In this document: positions 18,044 through 28,626 of the stretch, piece after piece
Layout of the letters: every line of letters starts with the position of its first letter
Position numbering within the stretch: the first letter of the stretch is position 1
Assembly: GCA_964506755.1 (NCBI GenBank)
Contig: CAZDMH010000003.1
Location: forward strand, 166,596 to 230,595
Direction: 5' to 3'
Length of the DNA stretch: 64,000 bases
From: an uncultured Spirochaetales bacterium
Lineage (GTDB): Bacteria; Spirochaetota; Spirochaetia; DAHUYW01
Translations under genes and position numbers: made by a program
Notes under the pieces: model-generated
What the model was told of the DNA's origin: nothing
Seen by the model: only the letters and a program-made list of their open reading frames with translations
Databases searched by the model: none

Positions 18044-18163
18044 TGGGCGAGCTAGGAGTGGGCGTCGTGTGAGGATTCGCATGGTGGATAGCAGAGAACC
18101 GAGTACCCGAACCTTCCCGGTTGCGGCAGTCAGCCGGAGTTTGGGGAAATTTGACACCCGAGA

Positions 18164-19041
18164 TGTCACCCTATCTCATCCGTACGCCTCCTCCTGAAGA
18201 ACCCGTCGATCGCCCCGCCGGCATCAGGCAACGGGGGCAGACATACACGCTCTTCCGGTTGGATTGTCGTCTCGCCGCTTTGGCGCCTTGCCTCCTTTTT
18301 CTGTTCTTCTTTGTAGCCTGCAATAGCCTGTTCGGTCAGGAAACCTCACAAGCTGGGGCCTCTGCGCCGAGCTCTGAGGGCGGGGCGGGCAGCTCAACAC
18401 AGAGGGCCCCCGTGGGTCACGTGGTGATTTCTTGGGCCGAGGTCGCAGGAGCTGTCGGATACGAAGTCCTCGTTCGACCGCTTGGAGGTGATGTCGCCGT
18501 CGACAGGCTCACCTCGATGAACCATCTGAAGGTCACCCTGAAACCGGGAACCTACCAGGTTCGCGTAATCACCCTCAACATCTTTCACAAGGCGGCGGGG
18601 GTCTCGCCATGGCGATACCTGGACGTGATCCAAGTCTTCAAACCAATCGTGAAACGCATTGTCCCTTCGGTTCTCTACTCCGGATCGAGCTCGGTGAAGG
18701 TAACCCTGGTGGGGAAGAACTTCATCCCCGAGACGCGTATCGCAATCATTCACAATGGAGATGCGGTTGCCGACGCCCATGTTGTGTCGGTGATGGACAG
18801 GCGGCTCGTGATCGATTTCGACCTGAATAGGGTCAAGCCGGGCACGTATGATCTTCGACTCGCCAACCCCGAACGCCTCGGGCTCACGGTACCGAACGCG
18901 GTCGATGTTCATCCTCGCGTCCAACCCGAGCTTGTATCGATTGCGCTCAAGCAGGGCTACGACGACCGAACCTACCGGGACGTGGAGATAACCGGGCAGG
19001 GATTCATCGCCGGCACCTCCTTCTTACTGGAAGCCGGTTAG
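18164..19041 (+). CDS. Surface lipoprotein with Ig/Fn3-like repeats, N-terminal segment ending at an in-frame TAG
   Basis: Spirochaete-type lipobox FFFVAC after a hydrophobic h-region. Repeats containing KPGTYDLRLANP-type motifs. Start ATG 18164 or TTG 18259. Same frame as 19063..20331 with a single TAG at 19039-19041 between them. Confidence 0.55.
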
Positions 19042-19062
19042 CGACGCGTCGAGATTCCGGAC

Positions 19063-20331
19063 GTGGTGATCCGTTCGGGCGCGATCGCGTCGGTCGCTCT
19101 TGATCTCGGAAGCGCGAAGCCCGGCTCCTACGACCTCATCGCAGTTAATCCGGGGGGGAGAACCGCCCGGCTTCGCGCCGCGGTGAGAGTCATAGATATC
19201 AAGAAACCCGAGTTCGTAGCGATGAGTCCGGAAACACTTACGAAGGGAAAGAGCAGCGGAGAGTTCGAGGTCAGAGCGAAGAACCTAATTCCCGAGGCTC
19301 AAGTTTTCCTTCGACGAGGTGATACCCTCATCCCGACCCGGGAGCTCAGCAGTGGAGGCGGTGGGTCCGCCGCGGATGGTGCGCCAAGAAGATTCCAACT
19401 CGAGCTCTCCGGCGTTGCTCCGGGTGCCTACGATCTGGTCCTCGCAAACTCTCGGACGCTCGACACGTCGATTTCGGGAATTGTCGAAGTCAACCCGGAG
19501 CCTATTCCTGCTCTTACCGGCGCCTCCCTGACGCGCGCCTTCGATACCCTCGACTGCAAGGATATCGTTCTCGAGGGCGAGAATCTCCAACAAGGCTTCA
19601 CCGTGGTGCTCAAGAGAGGCGCGGTTCAGCGCGACCTGGTCAGCCGCTACGTCTCTCCGCATCAGATGAACGTGAACATCGATTTTCGCGGCAATCCACC
19701 CGGCACCTACCAGGTACTCGTGAAAAACCAGGGGAGGGTGGTGGCGTCGCTGCCGGGAGGGATCACGGTCACGACGCCGCGGGCGCGGTTTCTCCATCCT
19801 GCGACCATACGTGTGCTTCTCGGATATCCGTACGTCCTCGTCTTGAGCCAAAGCTTTGCCAACTCGATTTCGCTTTCGGCGATCGGAGGAGAGCTGTCTG
19901 CTGTGTTTCCCCCCGGAGTGAAGTTCTTCCCGCATGTCCCCGGTATTCGTGACGCCGGAATCGGTGTCGAGCTCGGCTATTCTCAATTCGGCTTTCCTGC
20001 TGTTTCTTCTTCGACAGCGACGAGCACCTTGGGGCTCCTGCGGCCGGGAATCGATCTCTACTACCGAACGCCTTTCAACTTCCCGCTCAATGGGGTCGTG
20101 AGGATGGGGTACGGTTTGAGCCTCAGTGATTTCGAGCGGAGCTCATCGAGCGGCACGACACGGCAAACATCTCTTGACTTCTATTACGGCCTCGCTGCGT
20201 GCGCCGAGCTCGATCTTGGAAAGCGAATGACTGTCGAGTCGGGTGCGGCGTGGTATCGTATTCTCTATGCATCCGCGAACCTGGACTCGCTCGCCCTGTT
20301 CGTAGATGCAGGGGTCCGCGTGGGAGGTTGA
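19063..20331 (+). CDS. Continuation of the Ig-like repeat surface protein (no own signal peptide) with beta-strand-rich C-terminal domain
   Basis: Repeats KPGSYDLIAVNP, APGAYDLVLANS and PPGTYQVLVKNQ continue the upstream pattern. The C-terminal 170 aa have an alternating hydrophobic pattern suggestive of a beta-barrel or anchor domain. In frame with 18164..19041. Confidence 0.5.
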   Translation: MVIRSGAIASVALDLGSAKPGSYDLIAVNPGGRTARLRAAVRVIDIKKPEFVAMSPETLTKGKSSGEFEVRAKNLIPEAQVFLRRGDTLIPTRELSSGGGGSAADGAPRRFQLELSGVAPGAYDLVLANSRTLDTSISGIVEVNPEPIPALTGASLTRAFDTLDCKDIVLEGENLQQGFTVVLKRGAVQRDLVSRYVSPHQMNVNIDFRGNPPGTYQVLVKNQGRVVASLPGGITVTTPRARFLHPATIRVLLGYPYVLVLSQSFANSISLSAIGGELSAVFPPGVKFFPHVPGIRDAGIGVELGYSQFGFPAVSSSTATSTLGLLRPGIDLYYRTPFNFPLNGVVRMGYGLSLSDFERSSSSGTTRQTSLDFYYGLAACAELDLGKRMTVESGAAWYRILYASANLDSLALFVDAGVRVGG

Positions 20332-20377
20332 GAGCACCGATCCCCGTCCAAGCGGAGACCGGTGAGGGGAGACACCG

Positions 20378-21070
20378 ATGCGTAAAAAAGTGATTTCGAA
20401 ACCGGCCGGTTGCCGGTCTGCCGGACGATCGTCGCCTCGCAGTAAGCTCGTGCCGGCAGGGGCCTCCATTGTCGTCTCCTTCCTCGCGACGGTGACACTC
20501 TTTTCATGTTCCCGAGAGCTACCCCCCGTGAGCGGGATAACGGCAACACCGAACGGTACCTCCTTGTCGGTGAGTTGGAAGGCGGTCGCGGGTGCGACCG
20601 GGTATGAGCTCTTCTTGTCCTCATCTTCCTCCGTCTCGCCTACGCAATACACTCTGAACGTCGTATCCGCCTCGAACTCCGCAACTGTCACGGGCCTGAC
20701 CGTCGGCGACACCTACTATCTGATCGTCGCACCCACCTCGCTCAATGGGTTTTCGTTCGGAACCCCTTCCGAGGTTGTTGCGGTGCAAGTAACGGGCGCG
20801 CCCGCGAACCCGGCGCCGGTGATCACTGAAATCAATGTGTCCCCGCAGCCCGCGACCGCGGGTACGAGTGTTCTCTGCGCGGCCACTGCCTCCGACACCG
20901 ACGGCGACACGCTGACCTACACCTGGTCGATTGACGGCGGCACCGTCGCAGGGCCAACAGCGGACTTGAACCAGATCAACTGGACTTCAACGGCCGGATC
21001 ACACACGGTCACGGTATCGGTCACCGACGGAACTACGACGGTGAGCGCATCGATGACATTCAGCGGATAG
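20378..21070 (+). CDS. Lipoprotein with Fn3-like and PKD/Ig-like domains
   Basis: Lipobox-like TLFSC. Motifs SVSWKAVAGATGYELF (Fn3-like) and DTDGDTLTYTWSIDGG (PKD-like). 230 aa. Confidence 0.55.
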   Translation: MRKKVISKPAGCRSAGRSSPRSKLVPAGASIVVSFLATVTLFSCSRELPPVSGITATPNGTSLSVSWKAVAGATGYELFLSSSSSVSPTQYTLNVVSASNSATVTGLTVGDTYYLIVAPTSLNGFSFGTPSEVVAVQVTGAPANPAPVITEINVSPQPATAGTSVLCAATASDTDGDTLTYTWSIDGGTVAGPTADLNQINWTSTAGSHTVTVSVTDGTTTVSASMTFSG

Positions 21071-21174
21071 AGGGAAACAAGGGAATGGGGAACGATGTAC
21101 ATGACAATCACGATCTCACTGGTGTAGCTCTCGTTTATGCCGGTCGCCGCCTTTGCGCGTTCTACCGCATCGGA

Positions 21175-22359
21175 ATGTTGCCGATCTTGTCGATCATCGC
21201 TGCCATGCTACTGCTTTCATCATGCGTGAACCCTCTCTTGAAGCTCACGTCGGCGTCAGTGACGCCGCCGTCGGTCTCGCCGGCCGGCGGAGTGTACGGC
21301 ACCGACCAAACGGTCACCTTGAGCGGCGCGGTATCCGGAGCGACGATCTACTACACGGTGACGAATGGACCGGCGGGTACCGCTCCCACCACGAGCTCTG
21401 CGAAGTATACGGGAGCGATACCGGTGGCGGGGAACGGCACAAACGAGACCGTCGAAGCGATCGCCGTCTCCGGCGGAAAGTCGAGCGGCGTTGTACAGGC
21501 CACCTATGTGATCAATTACTCGATCGGGGGTACACCGGCACTCGCCTCACCGAGCTTCAGTCCGGGCGCAGGGGTGTACATGGCGGCCCCAACGGGGGGC
21601 GTGAGCCTGAGCGGGCCGAGCGGGGCGTCGATCTACTACACGACGAACGGCACAACGCCGACGGCGTCGAGCGGGACGCTCTACACGGGACCGATACCAA
21701 TCCCGAATACTGACGGATCAACCACGACAGTGCGGGCGGTGACGGTGGAGTCGGGGTACGTTTCGAGCCCGGTAGTGTCGGCGAGCTACGAGATAAACTA
21801 CAGCCAGGTGAGCACGCCGTCATTCAGCCCGACACCGGGTCTCTACTTGAACAATCAAACCGGGATCACCATCACGGTACCCTCTCCACCCTCGGGAACC
21901 ACCATCTACTACACGGCCACCCCCGGTTACGTGGGAACAACGCCTACGACGAGCTCGAACGTATACTCATCGACGACGCCGATTTCGGTCACAGGTTCCG
22001 GAACTGTCGAGACCCTCGAGGCGATGGCGACGGCTCCCGGCTACACGCAGAGTACGGTGACGGTCGCCACATTCGCCATTTCGGTCCCGACCGTGCCGTT
22101 CACCTCGAACGGCACCTTGACGGTTCCCTACGGCGCAACACAGTTGGTCGTGAAGCTTTGGGGGGGCGGAGGCGCGGCAGGCTGGAACGGCGGCGGCGGC
22201 GGCGGTAATTACGGGGCGACGATCGCCAATGGCAACGGCCGGACTCCGGGCAACGCCGGCGACCCGGTCCTCCCGGCGGGTGACGCGGTTGGCGGTGGCC
22301 CCACGTCTGGGTGCGGGACCGCAAGCGGCCCCGGTTACGTCTACATCCAGGTGAATTGA
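21175..22359 (+). CDS. Lipoprotein with three chitobiase/beta-hexosaminidase-C-terminal-like (CHB_HEX_C) repeats and a Gly-rich C-terminus
   Basis: Signal peptide plus lipobox MLPILSIIAAMLLLSSC. Repeats ATIYYTVTNG..YTGAIPV, ASIYYTTNGTTP..YTGPIPI and TTIYYTATPG..YSSTTPI. C-terminal GGGGAAGWNGGGGGGN. Confidence 0.55.
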   Translation: MLPILSIIAAMLLLSSCVNPLLKLTSASVTPPSVSPAGGVYGTDQTVTLSGAVSGATIYYTVTNGPAGTAPTTSSAKYTGAIPVAGNGTNETVEAIAVSGGKSSGVVQATYVINYSIGGTPALASPSFSPGAGVYMAAPTGGVSLSGPSGASIYYTTNGTTPTASSGTLYTGPIPIPNTDGSTTTVRAVTVESGYVSSPVVSASYEINYSQVSTPSFSPTPGLYLNNQTGITITVPSPPSGTTIYYTATPGYVGTTPTTSSNVYSSTTPISVTGSGTVETLEAMATAPGYTQSTVTVATFAISVPTVPFTSNGTLTVPYGATQLVVKLWGGGGAAGWNGGGGGGNYGATIANGNGRTPGNAGDPVLPAGDAVGGGPTSGCGTASGPGYVYIQVN

Positions 22360-22400
22360 GCGGCCAACTGACCCCGACGCCCGATCCTGCGCTCCCGGCC

Positions 22401-23237
22401 CTAGCCTTCCGGAAGGGTGGCGACGCTTTCTCTGATGGCTTCCTCGAGATCGGCGCGGGAGAGTTGCTGGACCGCCGGGGAGAACGGCTCGAAGGAGTAG
22501 TAGCCCCGGTAGCCGCGCCGCTCGAGGATTGTGATCTGATCCGAGTTCTGCAGCCGGTCGCCTTCCGTCACCAGAAGGCGGTGCTCATCCTTCGCATTCT
22601 CCAGGGGCAGCCCTGCTTCCATACCGGAGATGTGAACGAGCCCGATGTCCTCGATCGGGATCGTGGTCGCGAGGGCATCGTTATCGTCGGGGCCGATCGC
22701 GTGGTGGAAGGTGTCGTGGATGATGCGGTAGGGGCCGCCGCCGCTTTCCCGAATAGCCTTGAGGGCGGTGAGCTTCGAGCCGAGCGAGCATTCCGGGAAG
22801 CCGAGAGGCTCGACGAATCCGAGAACACCCATTTCTTCGAAGTAGGGAGCGAAGGCCCGGAGCGCAGCCACCGTTTCGCGGTAGCGGGTTTCCGCATCGC
22901 GGTTGTCGTCGGTCGAATTGTGCGGGACGAGGACGATCGCGCGGCAGCTGATGGATGCCGCAAGCCTCACGAGGGAGCGCAACTCGCTTGCGAGCTCGGT
23001 GCGCCGAGAGGCGAGGTTGAAGTGCTGAAGCGCGTTGATGGTGAGGATCGACAGAGAGTGTTTGGTGGCGAGATCGGCGACTTCCGTCGGGCTCATTTCA
23101 TCGACGGTGTCGACGCCCTCCATGTCGTTTCGGAGCTCGACGGCAGGTGCACCGACTGCTGCCGCAAGTGCGAAGAACTCTCTCAGTGAAAGCTTCGGCG
23201 AGATAATTCGGTTGAGCGCGATTCTTGAAGGGGTCAT
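22401..23237 (-). CDS. Xylose-isomerase-like TIM-barrel protein (inosose isomerase IolI-like / sugar phosphate isomerase-epimerase)
   Basis: 278 aa TIM-barrel family. SD AAAGGAG before ATG 23237. Confidence 0.65.
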   Translation of the reverse strand: MTPSRIALNRIISPKLSLREFFALAAAVGAPAVELRNDMEGVDTVDEMSPTEVADLATKHSLSILTINALQHFNLASRRTELASELRSLVRLAASISCRAIVLVPHNSTDDNRDAETRYRETVAALRAFAPYFEEMGVLGFVEPLGFPECSLGSKLTALKAIRESGGGPYRIIHDTFHHAIGPDDNDALATTIPIEDIGLVHISGMEAGLPLENAKDEHRLLVTEGDRLQNSDQITILERRGYRGYYSFEPFSPAVQQLSRADLEEAIRESVATLPEG

Positions 23238-23298
23238 TTTTGGCTCCTTTTCTCCATTTATTATGGCGGGAATACCCTCAGAGTCAACAGAAAAAATC

Positions 23299-23329
23299 TT
23301 GCAAAATACTTAACAAAGGTATAGTATTT
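23299..23329 (+). promoter_or_regulatory. AT-rich promoter (TTGCAA-17-TAGTAT) overlapping inverted repeat AAATACT-N12-AGTATTT upstream of imuA
   Basis: -35 TTGCAA 23299-23304, -10 TAGTAT 23322-23327. 7-bp inverted-repeat arms at 23304-23310 and 23323-23329. The ATG of imuA at 23335 is only about 8 nt from the -10, so a leaderless transcript is possible. Confidence 0.4.
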
Positions 23330-23334
23330 ATCTC

Positions 23335-23979
23335 ATGAGCATCGGCACCGAGAAGGTCGTTAAAGCCACCCAGCTCCTCGCCGGGCGGAGGAATCGTGAA
23401 ATCTCAGAGACGTGGGATTTCGCCGATCTCAAAGGGCAGCTTATCGAATTGTCAGAAGAAGTTCCATTCGGTGCGCTCACCTTTACGAGCGAGCTCATTG
23501 CGGCCGCGCAGCGGCTGGGCGAGCCGGTGGGGTGGATTTCAACGCGGCCGAGCATCTTCTATCCCCCCGACTTGGCCGAGAACGGCATTGACGTTTCGGC
23601 CGTTACCGTCGTCTCGGTCTCTGACGAGCGGGAAGCCGTGTGGGCCGGCGATCTGCTCATCCGGTCAGGGGCGTTCGGGTTCATCGTCGTCGATCTCGAG
23701 AAGGGGAAGCGGCTGACCGACGCGGCAATGGCGAGGCTGGTTCACCTTTCCCGCCGACATCACACTACGCTCCTTTTCTTGACCATCAAGAGGGGTTCGT
23801 TTGCATCGTTGAGCTCTCTCGTAACGCTTCGCGGGGTGGTCCGCCGTCGCGGGCCGCTTCCCGAGGGAAGTGCCCGGCAGCCATCCTTTGTCTGTGAGAT
23901 CACTACCGTCAAAGACAAGCGCCGCACTCCCGGACGGAAGGTTATGAGGGTATACGATGGGCCGGTTGGCGTGCGTTGA
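23335..23979 (+). CDS. imuA: ImuA-like (SulA/RecA-fold) protein of the imuA-imuB-dnaE2 mutagenesis cassette
   Basis: 214 aa, RecA/SulA-like core (GAFGFIVVD..LLFLT). Immediately upstream of, and overlapping, imuB. Confidence 0.65.
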   Translation: MSIGTEKVVKATQLLAGRRNREISETWDFADLKGQLIELSEEVPFGALTFTSELIAAAQRLGEPVGWISTRPSIFYPPDLAENGIDVSAVTVVSVSDEREAVWAGDLLIRSGAFGFIVVDLEKGKRLTDAAMARLVHLSRRHHTTLLFLTIKRGSFASLSSLVTLRGVVRRRGPLPEGSARQPSFVCEITTVKDKRRTPGRKVMRVYDGPVGVR

Positions 23980-25423
23980 TATCCCTTTCTTCTCACTTCA
24001 GGTGTTGTTTCGCATCCGGCCGGAATGGAAGGGGTTCCCTGCTGCGGTCGTCGATCGGAACGAGGCAACGGGCAGGATCCTTTCGATCAACGAAGCGGCA
24101 CGCGCGAAGGGGGTCCGGCCGGGCATCCCCTACAGTCAAGGGTTATCGCTCGCAGGGGACCTTCGGGCCGCGACGGTCGAACCTGCGCACATGGAGGAGG
24201 CGGAACGGGAGATAGTCGAGACGCTCTATGCATTCACACCGGAGGTGGAGCCTGCCCGTGTCGGAACTGGGGAGGTCGGGAGCTTTTGGCTCAATGCCTC
24301 AGGGCTCGCAATGCTCTATCCATCGCTCTCGATCTGGACGAACGAGGCGATCCGGGCCCTCGCGGAAAGGGGGTTCCTCGCAGTCGTGGCCGTGGGATTC
24401 AGCCGCTTCGGCAGCTACATCATAGCCCGTTCGCGCAGGAAGCCGATCGTAGTCTCGACGGAACGGCAGGAGGAGGGGCTCCTGCGCAAGTCACCGCTGC
24501 GAGTGCTTCCTCTTTCTTCCGAGCCCCTTGCGCTCTTTCATCGTTTGGGGATCGAAACGGTGGGGGCCTTTCTCGATCTTCCCGAGAATGGAGTGCGAAA
24601 ACGTTTCGGACGCGAGGCTCACGAGATCCTTCGATGGGTGCAACGAGAGCGCCTGCCGATTCAACCTGTTGTGGTCCAGAAGGAGGCGAAGGCCAACCGA
24701 CGTCTCGACGATCCCATAACGAATCTCGTCGTGCTTTCTGCTTACCTAGACGAGCTCATCGATGAGCTGATGCAGCAAGTTGCCGCAAAGCGGAAGCTCG
24801 TCGCCGCGATGACGATAGAGCTCTTCGAGGGAGAGGAAAGACGGGCCGTGGAGGAGATCAGGCCGGCGGCTCCGACGCGGGAGGGCTCGGTGCTGAAGAA
24901 CCTGAGTCGGCTTCGACTGGCCGAGCAGCGCTACGAAGGGGCTGTCGACCGCATCTCCTTGCGTGCAGGGGAGACCGATCCCATTCATCGCGACGGCGAT
25001 CTCTTTATCTCCCCGCGAAGGCAGGCGGCCGAGGCAGGAAAGCGCGCCATCGCGCTGATTCGGGCGCGGTTCGGCAACGATTCGGTCAATCACGCCGTGC
25101 TCCGCGACGAACACCTCCCCGAAGAGCAGTACGAGTGGGAAGCGGTGACGGGACCTCTCTTCCCGACCTCGAGCAGGGGCGGTGATGGGGACTCGGAGCG
25201 CCGTTTTCGGGTCGTCCGACGTCAACTCAAGAAGCCGCCGCCGCCCGGCCCGGTCCCTGCCTCCTTCCGTCTCGTGGCAGGGCCTTTTGTTCTGACGGGA
25301 AAGTGGTGGGCAAGCGAGGAGCAGCGCGAGTACTACTTCGCCCATGGCGGCCGCGGGCAGTTTCTTTGGCTCTACCGAGATACACGAACCGGCAGCTGGA
25401 CGCTCCAGGGTCTGGTCGATTAG
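23957..25423 (+). CDS. imuB: ImuB, Y-family DNA polymerase-like protein
   Basis: N-terminus MGRLACVDIPFFSLQ resembles the Y-family polymerase start (MR.LA.VD...F) but lacks the full catalytic acidic set. 488 aa. Positioned between imuA and dnaE2. Confidence 0.8.
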   Translation: MGRLACVDIPFFSLQVLFRIRPEWKGFPAAVVDRNEATGRILSINEAARAKGVRPGIPYSQGLSLAGDLRAATVEPAHMEEAEREIVETLYAFTPEVEPARVGTGEVGSFWLNASGLAMLYPSLSIWTNEAIRALAERGFLAVVAVGFSRFGSYIIARSRRKPIVVSTERQEEGLLRKSPLRVLPLSSEPLALFHRLGIETVGAFLDLPENGVRKRFGREAHEILRWVQRERLPIQPVVVQKEAKANRRLDDPITNLVVLSAYLDELIDELMQQVAAKRKLVAAMTIELFEGEERRAVEEIRPAAPTREGSVLKNLSRLRLAEQRYEGAVDRISLRAGETDPIHRDGDLFISPRRQAAEAGKRAIALIRARFGNDSVNHAVLRDEHLPEEQYEWEAVTGPLFPTSSRGGDGDSERRFRVVRRQLKKPPPPGPVPASFRLVAGPFVLTGKWWASEEQREYYFAHGGRGQFLWLYRDTRTGSWTLQGLVD

Positions 25424-25440
25424 CGGGGCGACGGACGACT

Positions 25441-28400
25441 ATGACAGGCAGCTATGCAGCGCTGTGGTGCAAGAGCAACTATTCCTTTCTCGAAGGGGCA
25501 AGCCATCCCGAAGAGCTCGTTCGCACTTGTAATGCCTTTGGGCTGCCGGCGCTCGGTTTGACCGATCGAGACGGCGTCTATGGAATTGTCCGCGCCCACA
25601 CGGAAGCCCGCCGTCTTGGGGTGCATTTGATCGTCGGCTCGGAGCTGACGATTGCAGGGGGGGGGAACCTCGTTCTGCTTGCCGAGGACCACACAGGGTA
25701 CCGGAACCTTTGTCGGCTGATTTCGAAGGGACGGCTTCGAAGCGAGAAGGGAAGCTCCTCGGTTTCGATCGAAGAGGTCTGTGCGAATCCAGGCGGGCTC
25801 TCTGCGATGTGGGTGGACCGGCAGGCACGCAGTCTCGACGAGGTCCTCGAATCGCTCGCTGAGGCCTATGGAGAGCGCCTTTCGGTCGCAGTCTCGCGCC
25901 ACCGCAGAGCCGACGAAGTCGATCGGGAGCGGCTCCTCCGGGCAGCGGCGGCCCGGAGGAAGGTGGCGCTCGTTGCCGCGCCGGAGGTGCTCTATCATGA
26001 GCCCTCGCGCCGGAGGGTCCAGGATGTTCTCACCTGCATCCGAAAAGGAATCACCCTCGAGGAGGCGGGCCGGCGTTTGGAGCCGAATGCCGAGTACACC
26101 CTAAAATCGGCGCAAGAGCTCGCGCTGCTCTACCATGACGAGCCCCGGCTCATCGACCGAACCCTCGAGATCGCTGAGCGCTGCAGCTTCTCACTCGACA
26201 TGCTCGAATATCGCTATCCCACCGAAAGGGTGCCCGAGGGGTATACCACCGAGGAGTGGCTGTGGAAGCTCACCTTCGAGGGCGCCCGATCACGCTACCG
26301 GGTGGGACAGGGAGGGAGGATTCCGCCGGAGGTGGGGGCCCAGCTCGAGAAGGAGCTTGTCCTTATCGAGGAGCTCGGCTATAGCGGCTACTTCCTCACA
26401 ATGTGGGAGATCGTTGAATACTGTCGAAGAAATGGAATCCTCTGCCAGGGGCGCGGCTCGGCCGCGAACTCGGCGGTCTGTTTTTGTCTCGGCATAACGG
26501 CGATCGATCCGGTGCGGATGGATCTCCTCTTCGAGCGCTTCCTATCAAAAGAGCGTGCCGAGCCGCCGGACATCGACCTCGACATCGAGCACCGCAGGCG
26601 CGAGGAGGTCATCCAGCACATGTACGAGAAGTACGGCCGGGACCGGGCTGCCATGGTAGCCAACATCATCCGCTACCGGGCGAAATCCGCGGTGCGAGAT
26701 GTGGGTAAGGTTCTCGGTATTTCCTCTGTCGCTCTCGACCGCTGTGCGAAGACCCTCACCCGATGGGATGCCGACATCGGAGCGGCCCTCCGTGGTGCGG
26801 GGATCGATCCCGAGCTCCGCACCACCCGGCTGCTCGCCGAGATCACGAACGAGGTCCGCGACTTTCCACGCCATCTCTCGATCCATCCAGGCGGTTTCTT
26901 GTTGGGCAGTGAGCCGGTGGACGGGATCGTGCCGATCGAGAACGCCACCATGCCCGATCGGACAGTCATCCAATGGGACAAGTACGACGTGGAGGCGATG
27001 AACCTCTTCAAGGTCGATCTCCTCGGTCTCGGGGCTCTGACCCACCTCGACTACTGCTTCCGGTTCTTGAAACACCATTTCCGCGTCGATCTGGCTCTCG
27101 CTACCATTCCTCCGAACGACCCGGCGGTCTTCGCCATGATTCGCCGGGCCGACACGGTCGGTGTATTCCAGATCGAAAGCCGGGCACAAATGGCGATGTT
27201 GCCACGCCTGAAACCTGAAACCTTCTACGATCTGGTCATCCAGATCAGCATCATTCGCCCCGGCCCGATAACCGGCGGAATGGTTCACCCCTACCTCCGC
27301 CGCCGGGCGGGAGAGGAGGCGATCGAATACCCCCATCCGAGCCTCGAGCCCGTCCTGCGCAAGACTCTCGGCATTCCGCTCTTCCAGGAGCAGGTCATGA
27401 AGCTTGCAGTCATCGCCGCAAGCTATACCCCCGGAGAGGCGGATCAGCTCCGTCGCGACATGGCCGCCTGGAGGAGCTCGGGCAAGATCGAGGGCCACCG
27501 TGAGAGGCTCATTACACGGATGGTGGCGAACGGGATTGCACCGGAGTTCGCCGAGCGGGTCTTCGACCAGATCCGCGGTTTCGGGGAGTACGGTTTTCCC
27601 GAAAGCCACGCTGCAAGCTTCGCCATCATCGCCTACGCCACAGCATGGATGAAGCATCACTATCCGGACGTATTCGCCTGCGCCCTGCTCAACGCCTGGC
27701 CGATGGGATTCTACCTTCCTTCGACGATCGTCGACGACGCAAAGCGCCACGGAATACAGGTGCTCCCGGTGGATGTGCTCTCGAGTGAGTGGGAGTGCAC
27801 TCTCGAGGATCCACGGCCGGCCGGTGCGCGACGAGGACCTGCGACGACGACGCGGACCGGCCGCTATGCCGTACGCATGGGGCTGCGTTACATCAAAGGG
27901 TTGGGGGAGGAGGATTTTCGAAAGGTTGCCGCGGCGCGGCGGAGGCTCGGCCGACCGGGGGCAGAGCTTCGCCTGCGCCCGGAAGAATCCTTGCGGGCGT
28001 TCGTCTCCACGAGCCGGTTGCCGCGCGACGCCCTGATTGCCCTGGCCGAGAGCGGTGCCTTCCGAGGCTTCGGACGCTTTCGGAGGGACGTTCTCTGGCA
28101 GATGCTCGGCTCGATCGGCGAGCGCTCCGCGCTCTCGCGACGAGACGCAGCCGAACGCAGCCTCGGAGAGCTGGAGGAAGAGCAACGTGTCGAGTTCGAT
28201 CGGCTCGATCCCTTCAAGGTCATCGGTTGGGATTACGAGTCGTCGGGACACTCGACCTTCGGGCACCCGGTCGAGCCCTACCGCGAGCAACTTCGAGACC
28301 GCGGGTTCCCCGATGCCGCCGGACTGTCCCGGTTCGGCGACGGGGAAGAGGTCTCCTACGTCGGGCTGATCATCTGTCGCCAGATGCCGGACAATGCAGC

Positions 28401-28626
28401 AGGAGTGCTCTTTGTGACGATGGAGGATGAAACAGGATTCGTAAACCTGATCGTCTGGCCAAAGGCATTCGAACGTTATCGCAGCATCATCTTGAACGTC
28501 TCCTTTCTCGGTGTAACCGGCAAAATTCAGACGGGCGATGGGGTCATTCACATCATTGCGGAGCGGTTCTGGAGGCCCGAGCTTTCTGTGAAGCCCGTGA
28601 GGGTCAAGAGCCGGGACTTTCACTAA
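25441..28626 (+). CDS. dnaE2: Error-prone DNA polymerase DnaE2 (ImuC), PolIII alpha-like
   Basis: PHP-domain start [21 protein letters not shown], polymerase core, about 1060 aa (shorter than replicative DnaE). ATG 25441. Confidence 0.9.
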   Translation: MTGSYAALWCKSNYSFLEGASHPEELVRTCNAFGLPALGLTDRDGVYGIVRAHTEARRLGVHLIVGSELTIAGGGNLVLLAEDHTGYRNLCRLISKGRLRSEKGSSSVSIEEVCANPGGLSAMWVDRQARSLDEVLESLAEAYGERLSVAVSRHRRADEVDRERLLRAAAARRKVALVAAPEVLYHEPSRRRVQDVLTCIRKGITLEEAGRRLEPNAEYTLKSAQELALLYHDEPRLIDRTLEIAERCSFSLDMLEYRYPTERVPEGYTTEEWLWKLTFEGARSRYRVGQGGRIPPEVGAQLEKELVLIEELGYSGYFLTMWEIVEYCRRNGILCQGRGSAANSAVCFCLGITAIDPVRMDLLFERFLSKERAEPPDIDLDIEHRRREEVIQHMYEKYGRDRAAMVANIIRYRAKSAVRDVGKVLGISSVALDRCAKTLTRWDADIGAALRGAGIDPELRTTRLLAEITNEVRDFPRHLSIHPGGFLLGSEPVDGIVPIENATMPDRTVIQWDKYDVEAMNLFKVDLLGLGALTHLDYCFRFLKHHFRVDLALATIPPNDPAVFAMIRRADTVGVFQIESRAQMAMLPRLKPETFYDLVIQISIIRPGPITGGMVHPYLRRRAGEEAIEYPHPSLEPVLRKTLGIPLFQEQVMKLAVIAASYTPGEADQLRRDMAAWRSSGKIEGHRERLITRMVANGIAPEFAERVFDQIRGFGEYGFPESHAASFAIIAYATAWMKHHYPDVFACALLNAWPMGFYLPSTIVDDAKRHGIQVLPVDVLSSEWECTLEDPRPAGARRGPATTTRTGRYAVRMGLRYIKGLGEEDFRKVAAARRRLGRPGAELRLRPEESLRAFVSTSRLPRDALIALAESGAFRGFGRFRRDVLWQMLGSIGERSALSRRDAAERSLGELEEEQRVEFDRLDPFKVIGWDYESSGHSTFGHPVEPYREQLRDRGFPDAAGLSRFGDGEEVSYVGLIICRQMPDNAAGVLFVTMEDETGFVNLIVWPKAFERYRSIILNVSFLGVTGKIQTGDGVIHIIAERFWRPELSVKPVRVKSRDFH

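Noticed and set aside
19039-19041. In-frame TAG considered as a pyrrolysine or selenocysteine-type recoding site
   Set aside because: Nothing in the window (no pyl genes or SECIS-like context for UAG) supports recoding. Kept only as a low-probability alternative to pseudogene or sequencing error.
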